Of a DNA stretch of 63,363 nucleotides, positions 16,731 to 29,600 are shown in pieces (position 1 is the first letter of the stretch; each line of letters begins with the position of its first letter). The notes beneath the pieces are model-generated. The model ran no database searches, was not told the origin of the DNA, and saw nothing but the letters and a program-made list of their open reading frames with translations. The stretch covers positions 1 to 63,363 of the forward strand of contig JAKAKT010000009.1 of NCBI GenBank assembly GCA_021813385.1, written 5' to 3'. Origin of the DNA: Candidatus Micrarchaeota archaeon. Lineage in GTDB: Archaea > Micrarchaeota > Micrarchaeia > Burarchaeales > JAKAKT01. The position numbers and the translations under genes were made by a program.

Positions 16731-17312
16731 TCATGGGTAGATATTCTGGAGCGTAGTCGAATAAGATGACGGGGTAGTGCCCTCAATCACAGTAGTTGAC
16801 CCGAACTCCGGTATCAGCTCGAACCTGAATTGGGAACGGGTCGGGAAATAGACTGTTGTTGCCGGGATTATGTTTATTTGAACGAGGGAGGATCCGTCGA
16901 TTACTGGAGTCTGAGGATTGAAGAGGTTAGTCGGGTCGCGAATTTCGGTGATATTGAAGAAATTGCCGGCGGCCGCAGATGTGCGGTTATATGTTAGAGT
17001 GCTCTGGTTGAAATTATTGCCAACCCTAACAACGAGGGTGCTCAGGTCGGTCCTGCTTGCACCTGCTGCTGCCGTAACGAATATTGTAAAGTTCTCGATG
17101 TTGGTCATGCCGGAGTTGGTAGTGCCGATGATGCTGGACACAAGAAGATTGCCTGAGACCTGGGAAATCGCTTCTTTCCCGGTCTTCATCGCCTTTTGCT
17201 GGAGAATCCCAGAGACGTTTATGAGAACTGCTGCTGCAATGGCGGCGACGAGAACCATTGCGATGAATATGATAAGCGTTCCTATGCCAACCGCACCCTT
17301 CTTGTTTGTCAA
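16731..17312 (-). CDS. Archaellin/type IV pilin-like protein with class III signal peptide
   Basis: The conserved N-terminus KKGAVGIGTLIIFIAMVLVAAIAAAVLINVSGILQQKA must be near the protein start. An in-frame TTG at 17312 gives M-TNKKG|AVGIG, with a TATA (TTTTTTATACC) 30-40 nt upstream. The track ORF extension to 17588 is judged non-coding for this gene. Confidence 0.7.
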   Translation of the reverse strand: MTNKKGAVGIGTLIIFIAMVLVAAIAAAVLINVSGILQQKAMKTGKEAISQVSGNLLVSSIIGTTNSGMTNIENFTIFVTAAAGASRTDLSTLVVRVGNNFNQSTLTYNRTSAAAGNFFNITEIRDPTNLFNPQTPVIDGSSLVQINIIPATTVYFPTRSQFRFELIPEFGSTTVIEGTTPSSYSTTLQNIYP

Positions 17313-17341
17313 ATTGTCACCAGGAATAATGTATATGGCTA

Positions 17342-17371
17342 GGTATAAAAAAGATTCAGTAGTATATATAC
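17342..17371. promoter_or_regulatory. Probable bidirectional TATA region
   Basis: GGTATAAAAAAG and GTATATATAC lie between the pilin start (17312, minus) and the small plus-strand ORF start (17385). Confidence 0.35.
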
Positions 17372-17384
17372 GTTGGGATTTGTT

Positions 17385-17597
17385 ATGGGTGAGGCGATAA
17401 GTGCAATTGGCAAGCTCGTTATAAGCATAATCGCTGCCGCCATAATAGCCGGGAGCGTCTACAACTCGTTCAACCTTTTCGGGCTCAACCGTTACTTGAA
17501 TTTCCCTTACTCGGTGGAAATCTGCGCTGGTTCGCTTGGGCTGCTTGTTTTGGTTATCGTTTACGCGCTTATGATGAGGCTCAAGCACCAGCTATAG
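17385..17597 (+). CDS. Possible small two-TM membrane protein (70 aa)
   Basis: ATG at 17385 within track ORF 17373..17597. Two hydrophobic helices (AISAIGKLVISIIAAAIIAGSVY and AGSLGLLVLVIVYALMM). Competes with the antisense pilin ORF extension. Confidence 0.35.
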   Translation: MGEAISAIGKLVISIIAAAIIAGSVYNSFNLFGLNRYLNFPYSVEICAGSLGLLVLVIVYALMMRLKHQL

Positions 17598-17610
17598 GCC
17601 CCGCAATAAT

Positions 17611-20600
17611 CTATTTCAGCCGCTCCATCTCCCTTTCGACTTTTCTCAGTTCCTCATCGTATTTCTGGGAGAGCTGGTCAAATGAGCCACGGTCCATGCT
17701 GCGTTCCACGAAGTAGTCGCTCTGGACTCTCCTTTGCTTCTCGACTATCTCTTGCTTCTGTTCGAGCAATTTCCTTAGTTTCTCCCTCTTACGTACGAGC
17801 TGCAGGTAATAAGCGGAAACGGACAAGGCAACGAGGAGTATGGCGATTATCGGAATCCAGTAGAGCTTGATGTAATACCAGGGGGAGTAGCCTTGGACCT
17901 TCAATGGAACTTGCGCAATTCCGTAGTTTTCATATGGGTCTCTCGCAAAAATAATCATTGTGTTTGCGCCCTGAAGACCTGGGTCGAGCTCGAGGGACGA
18001 GCCATAAACGCCACGTTCAACCTGCCGGGCGGTTATGCTCCTGTCCTTTAGCCTTACCAGTAGAACAATGTTGTCTGCTGGCTTTTCCTCTGAGTAAGAG
18101 GCCAGGACATTGATGGGGAGAGTCTCGCCTATCGAATAGTCCTGCTTCGCAGGCTCCGTTATCACCAATTTTATAGGGACGTCTGTTATCGCTACGACTG
18201 TCGAGGCAGCGCCTCCGTGGAGAACGCCGTTTTCAGTCTTATACACCCGGCTCTGCAATTCCCATATCCCGCTTGGGTCATCCAGGGATATCTTGTACGT
18301 CGAGCTGTAGACCCCGTCCCCGACCTCCTCAAGTGGGAATGCCTTGTGCTTCGGGCCATAAGCCTTGGCCTGGGCACCTGTGATTGGGTTCCCGGCATCT
18401 GTGACCTTGATGGTAATCGGGACATCCTGCCCTTTAAGGTAGGCCCCCGGCACCGGGCTTAAGTATTCAACTGAGAGGAATTTTTCCGGGACCGGCTCTT
18501 CAACTGCTATCAGCTTCGAAACCATTCTGGTATTGTTATCATCATCAATCACGGTGATGGTTGCAATCCAATTCCCGGCTGAATCAAGGAAGGATGTCCG
18601 GTATGCGAAATCAAAATCCCCCTTGGTCCTCTTGGATTGCTTGCTTATATCCGAATCGTACGCCGAGAGGTCGAGCAAAACTTCGTGCTCCGTGTCATCC
18701 GACCCTCCTGACACATTCCCCGATATGAACACGGTATCGCCAAGCTCAAGCGTTGGTGTGTCAAGGACCATATTTAGGGCAAGGTTGTTGGTTATGAGTA
18801 TTACTGAAGAACGTTTCCCGTTGGAATCCCCTACCCGGGCATCAAAAGAAATTGCCTGGGGCCCGTAGGGAACCCAGCTGCTTATATCGACGTAAGCCCC
18901 GTAAAGCCCATCTCCGGGTGCCCCGTCCCCGTGCATGCCATCATCGTATAGGATGACTTTTCCGAAGAAGCCTGAAGCGCTTACGATGGCGTTCGCGGCT
19001 GGGACGAACTCGGCAAAGACCTTTACTGCCAGGTGCATCCTGTCGCCACGCAAGAAATCTTGGCCGAAGCTTGGCGAGTATATCCTGAGCGAGAGGAATT
19101 CTGGCGGGCAATCGGTTGAGCATGTGAAGAAATTCTCCGGCTTCTCGCAGGCCCCGTTTCCGCAGCAATTTGGAATCGTCGTGCAGGAGCAGCCATCCGG
19201 AGTGCACTTGAACTGGGTGCAATCGCCTGCGCATTTCCCTGAGCATGACCCGCAGTCGGATGGGCAGTTGCATTTGTTCTCCTGCGCGTCGCAGAAGCCG
19301 TTACCGCAGGAGAGGAGGCAGTCTGTGGGACAATTCGTGTTTGACTCGCCGGCGGATGGCTCGCAGATGGAGTTCCCGCAACAGTCTGGCTTTAGGGACT
19401 CGATGCAATCTCCAAGAACGCAGGCGTATTGCTGGCAGGATTTCCCAGGCACGTCGCCCTTGCATGTGGGAGAGCAAGTGGGACTGCAGTCTGAATCATT
19501 AAGGGAAGTGCAGCCGGCCGGGCAGCATCCGTCTTTGCTCAAGCACGAGGTTATCGGGGCATGGGCGCAAATGGCCGAGCAGTTCGAGCCTGAGCATGAA
19601 TCGATTGTGCAGGTGTCGCCGTCGCTGCAGTCTTTCTGTGAAGTGCAGACGCTCTTGCACGAGCCGCCGCAACAGAGGCCACCGCCGGGGCAGGCGTTAC
19701 CGCCGATTGCCAAACCCAATGGGTCGCAGTCAGGGTCAGAGCCATAGCATGATGGACCGGGGCAAGTGCCATCGCAAATTCCACAAGTGCCGCAGTAACC
19801 GATAGTGAATCGCGCAGTAGTGGGATTGTAGCCGAAGAGCGAAGCTTGTACCTCGTATTGGCCAGTTTCGTTGGGAGTGAAGACGTATCTCCCGGCAGCG
19901 TCCGTGAAGCCGGTTTCGACGATTTGCCATAAAACACCTTGGCGGAGTATTTTGATGGAAACGCCTGGGACCGGGCCAGAATCGCTGCTTATTGTTATTG
20001 TCGAAGTCTGGTTCACGCAATTTCCGGATATTGAGGCAGACAGCGAAGGGGTTGGATGCGGGCAATTTGGCGGGCAGCCTGCAGGGGCAGCCTGGATATT
20101 AACGCTCGCGTTAGTTGCTGTCCCGTTTGCAAACCCGTCGAACGGGGTTACCTGGCAAGTCCAGGTCTCGCCGTTAGTGGTGTTCGCTCCTGCCAACAAG
20201 AATGTGGTGCTATTCGTAAAGGTTGTCGCGACTTGCGTGACCCCATTCCACCAGATGTATGTGAAGTTTATGCTGTCGCCATCTGCGTCAGTTGCGAGGG
20301 CCGAGCAAGTGACGTCGCTCCCCTGGGCTGCCGGAGAGGGCGAGATGGAGACGGCAGTTGAGGGCGGCGTGTTGATGATTGTCACAGAAGTCGAGATGTT
20401 CTCGAGCGAATATTTCGAATCCCAGCCTGTGTCAGAACTGTCCTGCGAGCAATTAATCGTATCTCCCCTGTTCCCTGCCCCTGCCTGGGAGAGGTCGAGG
20501 GTCTGCGAGATCTGCCCGGGAATAACTGTCCCATTCAGGAACCATCCCCAAACCCGCGAGCCCTCGGAGTCGTTGTCGGCGTCCGAGAAGGAGCCGTTGT

Positions 20601-23600
20601 TGCAAAGCAAGACCGAATCAGTGTAAGGCGAAGTGTCGTTTATCGACGGGGCTGTTACCCACGGGGCAGTGTTGTTTACAGTAGCTGCCACTGAACCATT
20701 TATCCGGTTTGAGGAATACTCGCCGTCATAAGCCGATACCTCGCAAATCCAAGTGTCGCTCTTTCGCAGGGCCCCTGGGGGGAAGCTGTTCGGGTAGGAA
20801 ATTGACGCATTCGGGACATTATCCAGCGAGACAACAGAATAAGCGGTGCTGTTCCTGTAGAATGTAAAGTTTACTTGCAGGATTGTCGAATTTTCTGCGT
20901 CGGTTATGTTGGCGGAGCAGTTTAGGGAGTCGTTAAGGTAAATCGCTGAACCGATGGGCAGGCACGCAGTTCCCTTGCAAAGGGTGGCGTTGTTTGGGAT
21001 AGGGGCGCTCGAGGTTGTGAGCGTCACCGTGGTGCTGTTCTGCCTCGTGCTGTTCTTCGGGTCATAGCCTGAATCCTCGGACATGTGCTCGCAGATTATC
21101 TGGTCAGTAGCCTGGGCCCCAATGGCGAGAAGGCTTAAGGATTGGCTCGTCTGCCCTCCAAGGACCGACCCATTCCAAAACCAGCGCCAATACCCCATTC
21201 CAGGTTGGTCACCGTCTGCGTCGGAGAATGTTCCGTTGTCGCAGCTGATGGTGCTCGTGTTTATCGGGGAGGTGTTGTTGATGCTCGGCGCACCTATTGA
21301 GGGTGCGGTATTGTTCACAGTGACAGTTGATGAGTTGAGCGCGCTTCCGAATTGCAGGCCATCGTAAGGCCTTGCCTCGCATCCCCAGGTGTCGCTCTTA
21401 TTGACGGCGGCGGCTGGAATGGGCGAAGCAGCATACGCAAATGTAGCATTCGGCACCGCATACCTGATGCTGTCGTATCCAGAAGAATAGCTCCCATTCA
21501 CGAACCATTTGAAGTAGACGTCTATGCTTGAATTGAAGTCATCCGTGACGTTGGCTGAGCAATTCAGCGAGCTTCCCCTGGATATTGGGACCGGGGAGCA
21601 TGTGTCATTTGCGCATATTTGCGTGTTCGAGACCGACGGGGCAATATCGACTGTGACCCAGAGAGGTCCGCTCGAGCCCGTGTTATTCACTGTGTCGTTG
21701 CAGTAAACTGTGAACGAGTGGTTTGTGGAATAGGAAAGCGGGGCCATAGTGGCATACCAAACCGTTGAATTGAGCTGGCTCATCGCGTAGAAACCGGAAC
21801 TGTTCTGAACCAAGCACGAAATTGCCGCTTCGCTTATGCTCACATTGAGGAATACGGAATTCGAGACCTGGTTCGAGTTGTTGCTCGGGGTCGGGGGAAC
21901 GAACGAGACTGTTGGAGTAATTGTGTCAATCCGGACAGTCCTTGGGCCGATGTTCCCGCTGTTGTTCGCCGAATCGTTCACATGCGCAGTGTAAGAGCAA
22001 ATTCCATCGCCCAAGCTCGTCATGTTCCTGTACCAAACAGTCGAGTTCAGTTGGCTCATCGAGTAGAATGTGCCGTTCCAATCTAGAAGAGCGGATATTA
22101 TTCGCTCGTTAGCGCTGACATTGATGTATGCCCAGTTGGTCGATAGGTTGGCATTGTCGCTCGGAGTCGGATAAACGAAAGTTGGAATCGGGTTCACCGT
22201 ATCAACTAAAACCCACCTGGTTTCGCTGTAGCCAAGATTGTTGAGGGAATCGTTGCCTCTTGCCTGGAATGAATAGTTTCCGTCGGCTAGGTTGCTCATG
22301 TTCAGGTACCATTCGATGGAGCTAGTGTTCTGCATGGAGTAATCGGTCCCATTCCAGTTGAGGGTTGCGTTGTCAAGAGCCTTGTCGGATGTCATGTTCA
22401 CGTAGCTCCAGTTGTAATTAATGAACTCGTCATTGTTGGTCGGGAAGACGAAAGTGAGCATCGGGGCGCTGGTGTCAACTGTGACGTTCTGGGTGAGTGA
22501 GGTGCCGTTGTTGCCCAGGGTATCATTTGCCGAAACATTGTATACGTAGGTTCCGTTCGCCAAGCCAGTTATGTTGAAGTACCAGTTTGTCGGTGATGAG
22601 TTGAGCAAGTAATAACTGGTCCCATTCCAGTATACTGATGCGTTATCCACACGCTCGTTAGTTGTCACATTTACAAAGACCCAGTCCCTCGAGGTTGTGG
22701 AATCCGGCCCAGGAGTCATCGACACGAAAGTTATGATGGGGCCGATTGTATCTATCAGGACCCATCTGGTTTCAGTCGTGTTCGTATTCGAGGCAAAATC
22801 GCTAGCATTCGCGAAGAAAGAATAATTGCCATCGCCTAAGCCCGTTCTGTTGAGATACCAGTTGATTCCGCTTCCCCCCATCGGATAGTCCGTCCCGTTC
22901 CAATTCAAGGTTGCATTGGCAAGATTTTCATTCGAAGACAGGTTTACATAACTCCAGGCATAATTCACAGATTCGTTGTTGTGCGTGGGGGAAACCAGGG
23001 TGAGGGCTGGCTGGGTCGTGTCTATCGTCAAGTTCTGAGTAGAGGACGTTCCGGTGTTGTTCGCGCTGTCGTTCGCTTGGACGTAATAGTCATAAGTCCC
23101 TTCGGAAAGGCTCGTCATGTTTCTATACCAACTGGTTGGATTCAGCTGAGAGAACTGATACCAAGTTCCGTTCCAGTTAATCAGGACCGATACCGCATAT
23201 TCGCTCGTCGTTATGTTTACATATGCCCAGTTTTGTGACAAGTTCGAGTTGTTGGGCGGGGTCGGGGTGACGAAGGTGATTACGGGTGAGACTGTGTCGA
23301 TTGTGAGGTTCCTTGTCTCTGAAATCCCCGTGTTGTTTATCGTGTCGTTGGCTGAGACGTTGTAGGTGTAGGTCCCGTTGCCTAGTACTGTCATGTTCCT
23401 GAACCAGTTTGTGGATGAGGATTGGGTCAATGAGTAGAAGGTACCGTTCCAGTTGATTACTGCTGAGATTATTGGCTCATTTGAGGTTATGTTGATGTAG
23501 GCCCAGTTCTGGGAGAGGTTTGAGTCGTTTGGAGGCGTTGGGGTGACGAATGTGATTGCTGGGGCTGAGGTGTCGATTGTGACATTCATCGTTCCTGTGC

Positions 23601-26600
23601 TGCCGGTGTTGTTCACTGAATCGTTAACGTAGACTCGGTAAGCGTAAGAGCCGTTAGACAGCCCAGTCATGTTGCGGTACCAATTTGTCGAAGAGCCCTG
23701 GGTCATTGCGTAATAAGTGCCGTTCCAATCAACTATGGCTGAAACTGTCTCTTCATTTGTTGTGACATTCACATAAACCCAGGATTGGGAGAGGTTTGTG
23801 TTGTTTGCTGGGGTCAGGGGTACGAATGTGACGACTGGGGCAGTATTGTCGATTCTGATTGTGACATATTCGGTTGCATTCGTGTTTGAATAAAGGTCGG
23901 TTGCGTTGATAGTCACATTGTAGTAGCCATCAGACAGGGCAGTTGTAATGAATGTTGCGTTGAAGCTTGTTGCAGTTGTGTTGCTCATTTGGATCCAAGG
24001 AGTTACGTTTCCTGTTGTGTTTGAGAGCCAGTAGTAGACTTTGGAGGCGTCGGGATTAGCATCAGTAACCGTCGCGTTAATCAGAGTTGGGCCACTCACG
24101 TTCTGGTTCGCTGAAGGGGCGGTTATTGTGACGCTGGGGGGCAAATTATCGCCCGCATAAAGAGTCAGGTTAACTGTTGATGACGAGGTTATGTTCATTG
24201 AAGTTGAGTTTATTGCATAATTAGCCAGGCTTGCGTTTATCGTGTGATTAGTGTAGCTCACGTTAGTGCTGCCGTTCATCACCATTTCAGTCACGATGAC
24301 GTAATTAGTTAGGCCTCCCGGATTAGTCAAGTTGTCCGTCATATTTGAAAAGCCAAGGATGTCCGAAATGTTTACGATTGCGTTCTGGAGCGGGGAGCCG
24401 GCTGAGTTCGTGACATTTACGCGGGCGTACCATTGGATTGTGAGATTGTTGATGTCAGTTGTGCCTATAACGACATTCGAGATGTTGAATGTCATGTTCA
24501 GGAATATGTTGTCGTAAACACTCGGGAGGCCGAAATCAGGGCCAACCGCGTAAAAGTTAGTGGCCGAACCATTCGTGATTGTTGAGTTTGCGAAGATTGC
24601 CCGGGTAACTGCACCGAAGTTTGCATCGAGATAAACGGAAGTCGCAGCAGTCGTGATGGTGTTGTTAGTAAGAGCCGTGTCAGTAACAGAGCGTGCAAGA
24701 TACATGCCGAAAGCGCTGCCCCCAGTGGTGGTTATCGTGTTCGAATACACTGAAGTGTTGTACATGTTCCTGTAAACGTATGCGCCATAGCCGGATGAGC
24801 TTAGGATTGTGTTCAGGTAAGCGGAGTTGTTGCTGCCTGTAGTGGAAAAAGTTATGCCCGTTCCTCCTCCGGATGCGTTTATGTTGTTCGAATAGAGCGA
24901 GTTGTTGTAAATCACTGTCACGGCGAATATTCCGCCTCCTGATGAGTTTGCTGTAAGGTTGTTAGAGTAGACTGAAGAGGAATTTGTCCTTGTGAGATAG
25001 ATTGCTGACGCGGTGGTTCCATTTGTTACGACTTTATTCGAGTAGATGTTGTGGAAGCCGCCAATGCTCGCGTAAATCCCGTAGCTCGAGGAGCCATAGG
25101 TGTAGATTGTGTTGTTTTCAACTGTGTTGTTGTCGGCCCCGGTTTGTATCGCGATGGCATAGCTGCTGCTTGTGCTGACATTCCCCTCTGAGAAAATGCA
25201 GTTCTTTATGGTGACATTATCGTAGCCTGTATTGTTTACCCCATATCTTCCATTTACCGAGCCAGTGTCGTATGTGACAATGTGCCCGTTGCAGTCGAGG
25301 AATACATTGTGGGCGGTTATGTTGAAGCATGTTCCAGATGAAGTCACATCGCTGACGAGGGTGGTATTTGCACTTACTTGGCTGCAAATTGTTCCAGGCA
25401 TTTGGTATAGCGTGAGGTTGGTTGTAGAGGTCGAGGTAATGTTTGCTGACGTGGTGTTGATGAGATAGCCCGTAAGGGTCGCGTTAATTGTCTGATTGTT
25501 CAAAGCGAAGTTCCCGGAACTTGAATAGTTTGTGTCGTTCACCACAACGAACCCGGTCAACCCGTTCGAGTTCGTCAGGTTAACGACCATCGCAGGCATC
25601 CCGTTGATGTCCGATATGTTGACAAGCGCGTTCTGCAAAGCAGTACCTGACGAACTGGTAACATTCACGCGCATAAACCACTGGACGAGGAAATCATCTG
25701 TGCCTGCCCAGGAAACGTTCGAGTAGTTCGCAGTCGTGTTCAGGAAAATGTTGTTCACGGAATTAGTCATGGACCGGATAACGTCTGTTGTAACCGAGGA
25801 GTGATGGATTATTGAGTCCGTGAAGTTTGTGTTGTTCGAGTTCTGCATGTATATCCCATAGATTGCGCGGTCCGAGGTGATGTTGTAGAGCCTGTTTGAG
25901 CGAGAGTTCAGCGAATAAATTCCATAACTAGTGCTGTTGATGGAGATATTCTGGAGTAGGTTCCAGTTAGTACTCGAAAACCGCAACCCATAGGTCGCGT
26001 TCTGAATTTTACCATTCTGGAAAGTATTGTTTTCCGGCGGGGGGTCGAGATCTGATTGAAGAGCGTAAAGGGCAGAAGTCGTCCCATTGCCCCTTGTTAT
26101 ATTGAAGTTTGTGACGTTGGTGCCAGAGGAAAGGGATTCGAGGTATATGCCCGTGCCATTGTAGTCATCAACAGAAAGACCCGTTATATTCACCGGGCAG
26201 TTTATCCGGAAGCCTATGTTGCTCACGTTTACGTCAATATTCTGGAAAGACAAGTTTGCAGCGCATGGGTAGACCGTATGAATTCCATATCCGTTTGACA
26301 TGTTCTTTAAGCTCACCTTGGACACTGAAGAGTTTGAGACGTATGTGAAGTAGAGTCCGTAGCCGCGGTAGACATACGTGTCGCCCCCTTGCAGGTAAGC
26401 GCGCCGTCCCGAGCCAAGAAACACCGACGTCTCATCCAGGTAAGCGCCATAGTGGCGGATGTCTTGCTCCAGGGCATTGCTGGAAATCGCCCCGATGCTC
26501 TCGCCTATTGCTTCGGACAGCGTGTAGTGGCGTGACTCATGGTCGTTTCCTGCCGGGTTGACGATGGTGGTGACCAAGGTTCCTGAATGGTTCCTCCCGC

Positions 26601-29600
26601 TGTAGTTGCTTATCAAGAGGCTATCCACTGTATTCGCGTAGATGCCGTAGGCGAAGCCGCCTTTGTCTGCGAATTGCCCGGTTGGCACGGAAGTCACTAT
26701 GTTCCAGTCTGTGTGGTTCGTAATGTTGACGAGACTGCAGCTTATCAGGTTGATTCCGATTGCATTGCTATAGATGGAGCTGCTGCCGTACCCGCAGTCA
26801 TGAATCGTGTTGTTCAGGAAAGAGAGGTTCTGGGAGTTTTGTGCCCATATGCTATTGATGAACTGGGTGATTATGCAGTTCTTTATTGTGATGTTCGATC
26901 TCCCGGACATGTAAACGGCATAAGCGTTGAGGGACGTGGTACCAGTTATTGTGTGGCCGCTGCAGTCTAAGAAAATGTTGTCTGCGGCCATCGTGAAGCA
27001 GGTAGAGCCGGTCTGCGCAGTCACATCGCTGCTTAATGTGGTGTTGTGGTAAACGCTCTTGCAGTCAGTTGTTGGGATAGTCAGATTCACTTGCGTCATT
27101 CCGGTAATGTTGTAAACAGTGAGATTGGATGACCCGTCTGCCCATGAGGCGTAGAACGTGTGGTTGTTGTAATTGAATGACTGGACTGAGTTCTGGGTCT
27201 CTTCGGTAATGGAGTAATAGGCAGTCGGATTGGGGGTCGATGAACCGGAATAGATTGTGCGGCCGTTTGTTTCGTTGATTTGGAACGAGCCGCCAGCTCC
27301 CAACTGGTCTCCGAATTTATCTGTGAAATTGATCCGGACAGGCCAGGCGAAGCTCAGGTTCCCGGACAAAAGTAAAATATTGTTCCTGTTGAACGACGTG
27401 CAGTTGAAGATTATGTCATCGGTCGACACGTCGGTGTTCACTGCATCGTACGAAGTAGCGGATGCGAAGGAGGAAGTGTTGATTGTGTTCCAGTTCGAGG
27501 AAGATGCAAACTCGAGGTTGTCCACATTCCCGATAAAACTGTTGTTAAAGACATTATTTAGACTTGATGACTCGATTGTAAGCCCTGAGCCGCTCGAGTT
27601 GAGCGTGTTGTTCGAAAGAAGTGAGCTATTGGTTGAGTTAAAGTAAACGGAACGCTGGTAATCGCTTACAATGCAGTTCTTTATCGTTATGTTTTTCCTG
27701 CCCTCGGCGTATATCCCATAGCCCGCATCAGCGGAGTCGTTCCCGGTTATCCTATGGCCGGCGCAGTCAAGAGCTACGTTGTCGGCCGAGAAAGTGACAC
27801 AGGTTCCGTTCGAGGCGAGGTTTGACAGGAGTGTCGTGTTCACGCTTACCTGAAGGCATTCCGAAAGGTAAAGGCTGGCATTATATGTCTGCGATGATGT
27901 GACGTTCAGGCTTGATGAGTTGAATGCGCCTGCCTTTGAAACGTTGATTGTGTAATTGTTGAACGTGAAATTGTTGGTTGAGTTCATGTAAGTGATGTTG
28001 ATTAGGGTGAAGTTGGTAAGGCCGCTCGAATTTGTGACGCTCTGGACCATTATCTGTTTTCCATAAGCATCTGTGATATTCACTAGTGCGCCGCTGACCG
28101 GGCCTCCGAGATAGTAGGTTGCATTTACCCGCAGGTAATGCTGGAGGGTCAGGTTGTTTGTCCCGCTTCCCCAGGCGAATGTTGATGGCCCAGAGTAGCC
28201 ATATTGTGGTGGACCCCGGATTATGTTGTTCAGGGAAGTCTGGTTCGAAGTTATTTCCCTGACATAAGTACTCGCAAATGACGAGTTCTCGATAACATTC
28301 GAAGAGCTCGCGTTGAGATATATTGAATAGTTCTGGTAATCGAAAAACTCGTTGATGAACTGGTTCGAGTTCGAGGACTCGAGGATGACGTCGTAATTGT
28401 TATAAAAGAATGTCAGGTCAGAGAAGTTGTTTCCAGACGAGGAGTTCAGGTAGGCGCCGATTTGGTTAAGGTAAACTTGGCATCCACTGGTATTCAATGT
28501 GTTGTTGTGGGAATCCGAGAGGTAGGCCCCATAGAAGTTTCTCCAAGGGCAGCCGAACCCCCGGATGCTGCTCCTGTTCGTTCCTGAGAGCATTATGCCG
28601 GCGGAATAATTTATCGGGTAGCAGTCCTTTATGGTTATGTTCGTCCTCCCGGGCGCATAAATGGCGTAGGTGCCCAAAGTATGGTTCCCGACTATCCCCT
28701 TGCTTCCGCAGTCGAGCGTTATGTTGTCTGCCCCGAAAGTGAAGCAGGTGTCGTTGTAGTATATGTCCACTCCCGTGTAAAGGCTCTGCGTCAATACTCC
28801 GCAATCGTACTGGGTGAATGTGATTGTCTTGGTGCTCGTCACGTTGTTGGTTTTTGTCTGGAACTGGGAGAATGATACGTTTATCATGTGGTTGTTGAAC
28901 GAGAAGTTCTGCAGCACCGAGCCAGATTTGTTCATAATCATCTCGTTGGCTATGGCCCAGTTGGTGTAACCGTTCGAGCCCGTTAAGTTGTCAATCATCA
29001 ACTGCTTTCCGTAGGCATCCGAGATGTTAACTATTGCCCCTTGTATCGGGGAAACGTTGGTCGCATAAACGCGCAAGTACCACTGGACGGTCAGGTTGCA
29101 GGGCGAGCACGTCCCGAACCCGACCTTGCTTGTATTGAAAGTGGAATTGAGAATTGTGTTGTTCTGGGAGCTCCCGTCTAGATAGATGTCGCTAGTTGAA
29201 GTCTGGGAGATTGTTGAGTTCGACATGTTGTAATCGGTCGTGCTCGCGCCTGTGAGATAAACCCCGTAGCCGTTCCCATAGGCGAGCCCGGTGCTCCCGG
29301 GGTTGCCACGAGTCGAGTTCGTGAGAGTAGATGTCTTGATAACCCCGTACCTGCCCGCGGCGGTGACGACGTAGCTCGTTCCCCCAATCCCGGCAGTACT
29401 CGAACATGCCGTTGGATCTCCCCCGTTCCCAGCGGTGAAGTACGAGAGGGTCGCGTTCTCAATGGTTGCGTTTGCATTTGTTGCGCTTACATTGAATCCG
29501 AAGGAATCTCCCCCTGCCCCTCCTGTTCCGCTACCAATGTCACCGCAGTCCCCAGCAGTCCCTCCTGACCCACCAGTTACGTTGTTTATCGAACCGGTGA

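Noticed and set aside
17313-17588. 92-aa N-terminal extension of the pilin ORF given in the track (start 17588).
   Set aside because: Class III signal peptides sit at the extreme N-terminus. An in-frame TTG with a TATA box at the right distance gives the canonical M-x-x-K-K-G|A start. The extension also overlaps a plausible opposite-strand membrane-protein ORF.
18935-19747. 270-aa plus-strand ORF, and many 60-130-aa ORFs on both strands between 17682 and 34504.
   Set aside because: All lie inside or antisense to the 5,587-aa ORF. They arise from its biased codon composition (a Cys/Gly/Pro-rich GC stretch and N/S/T-rich repeats) and have Arg/Pro/Ser-rich nonsense-like sequences.
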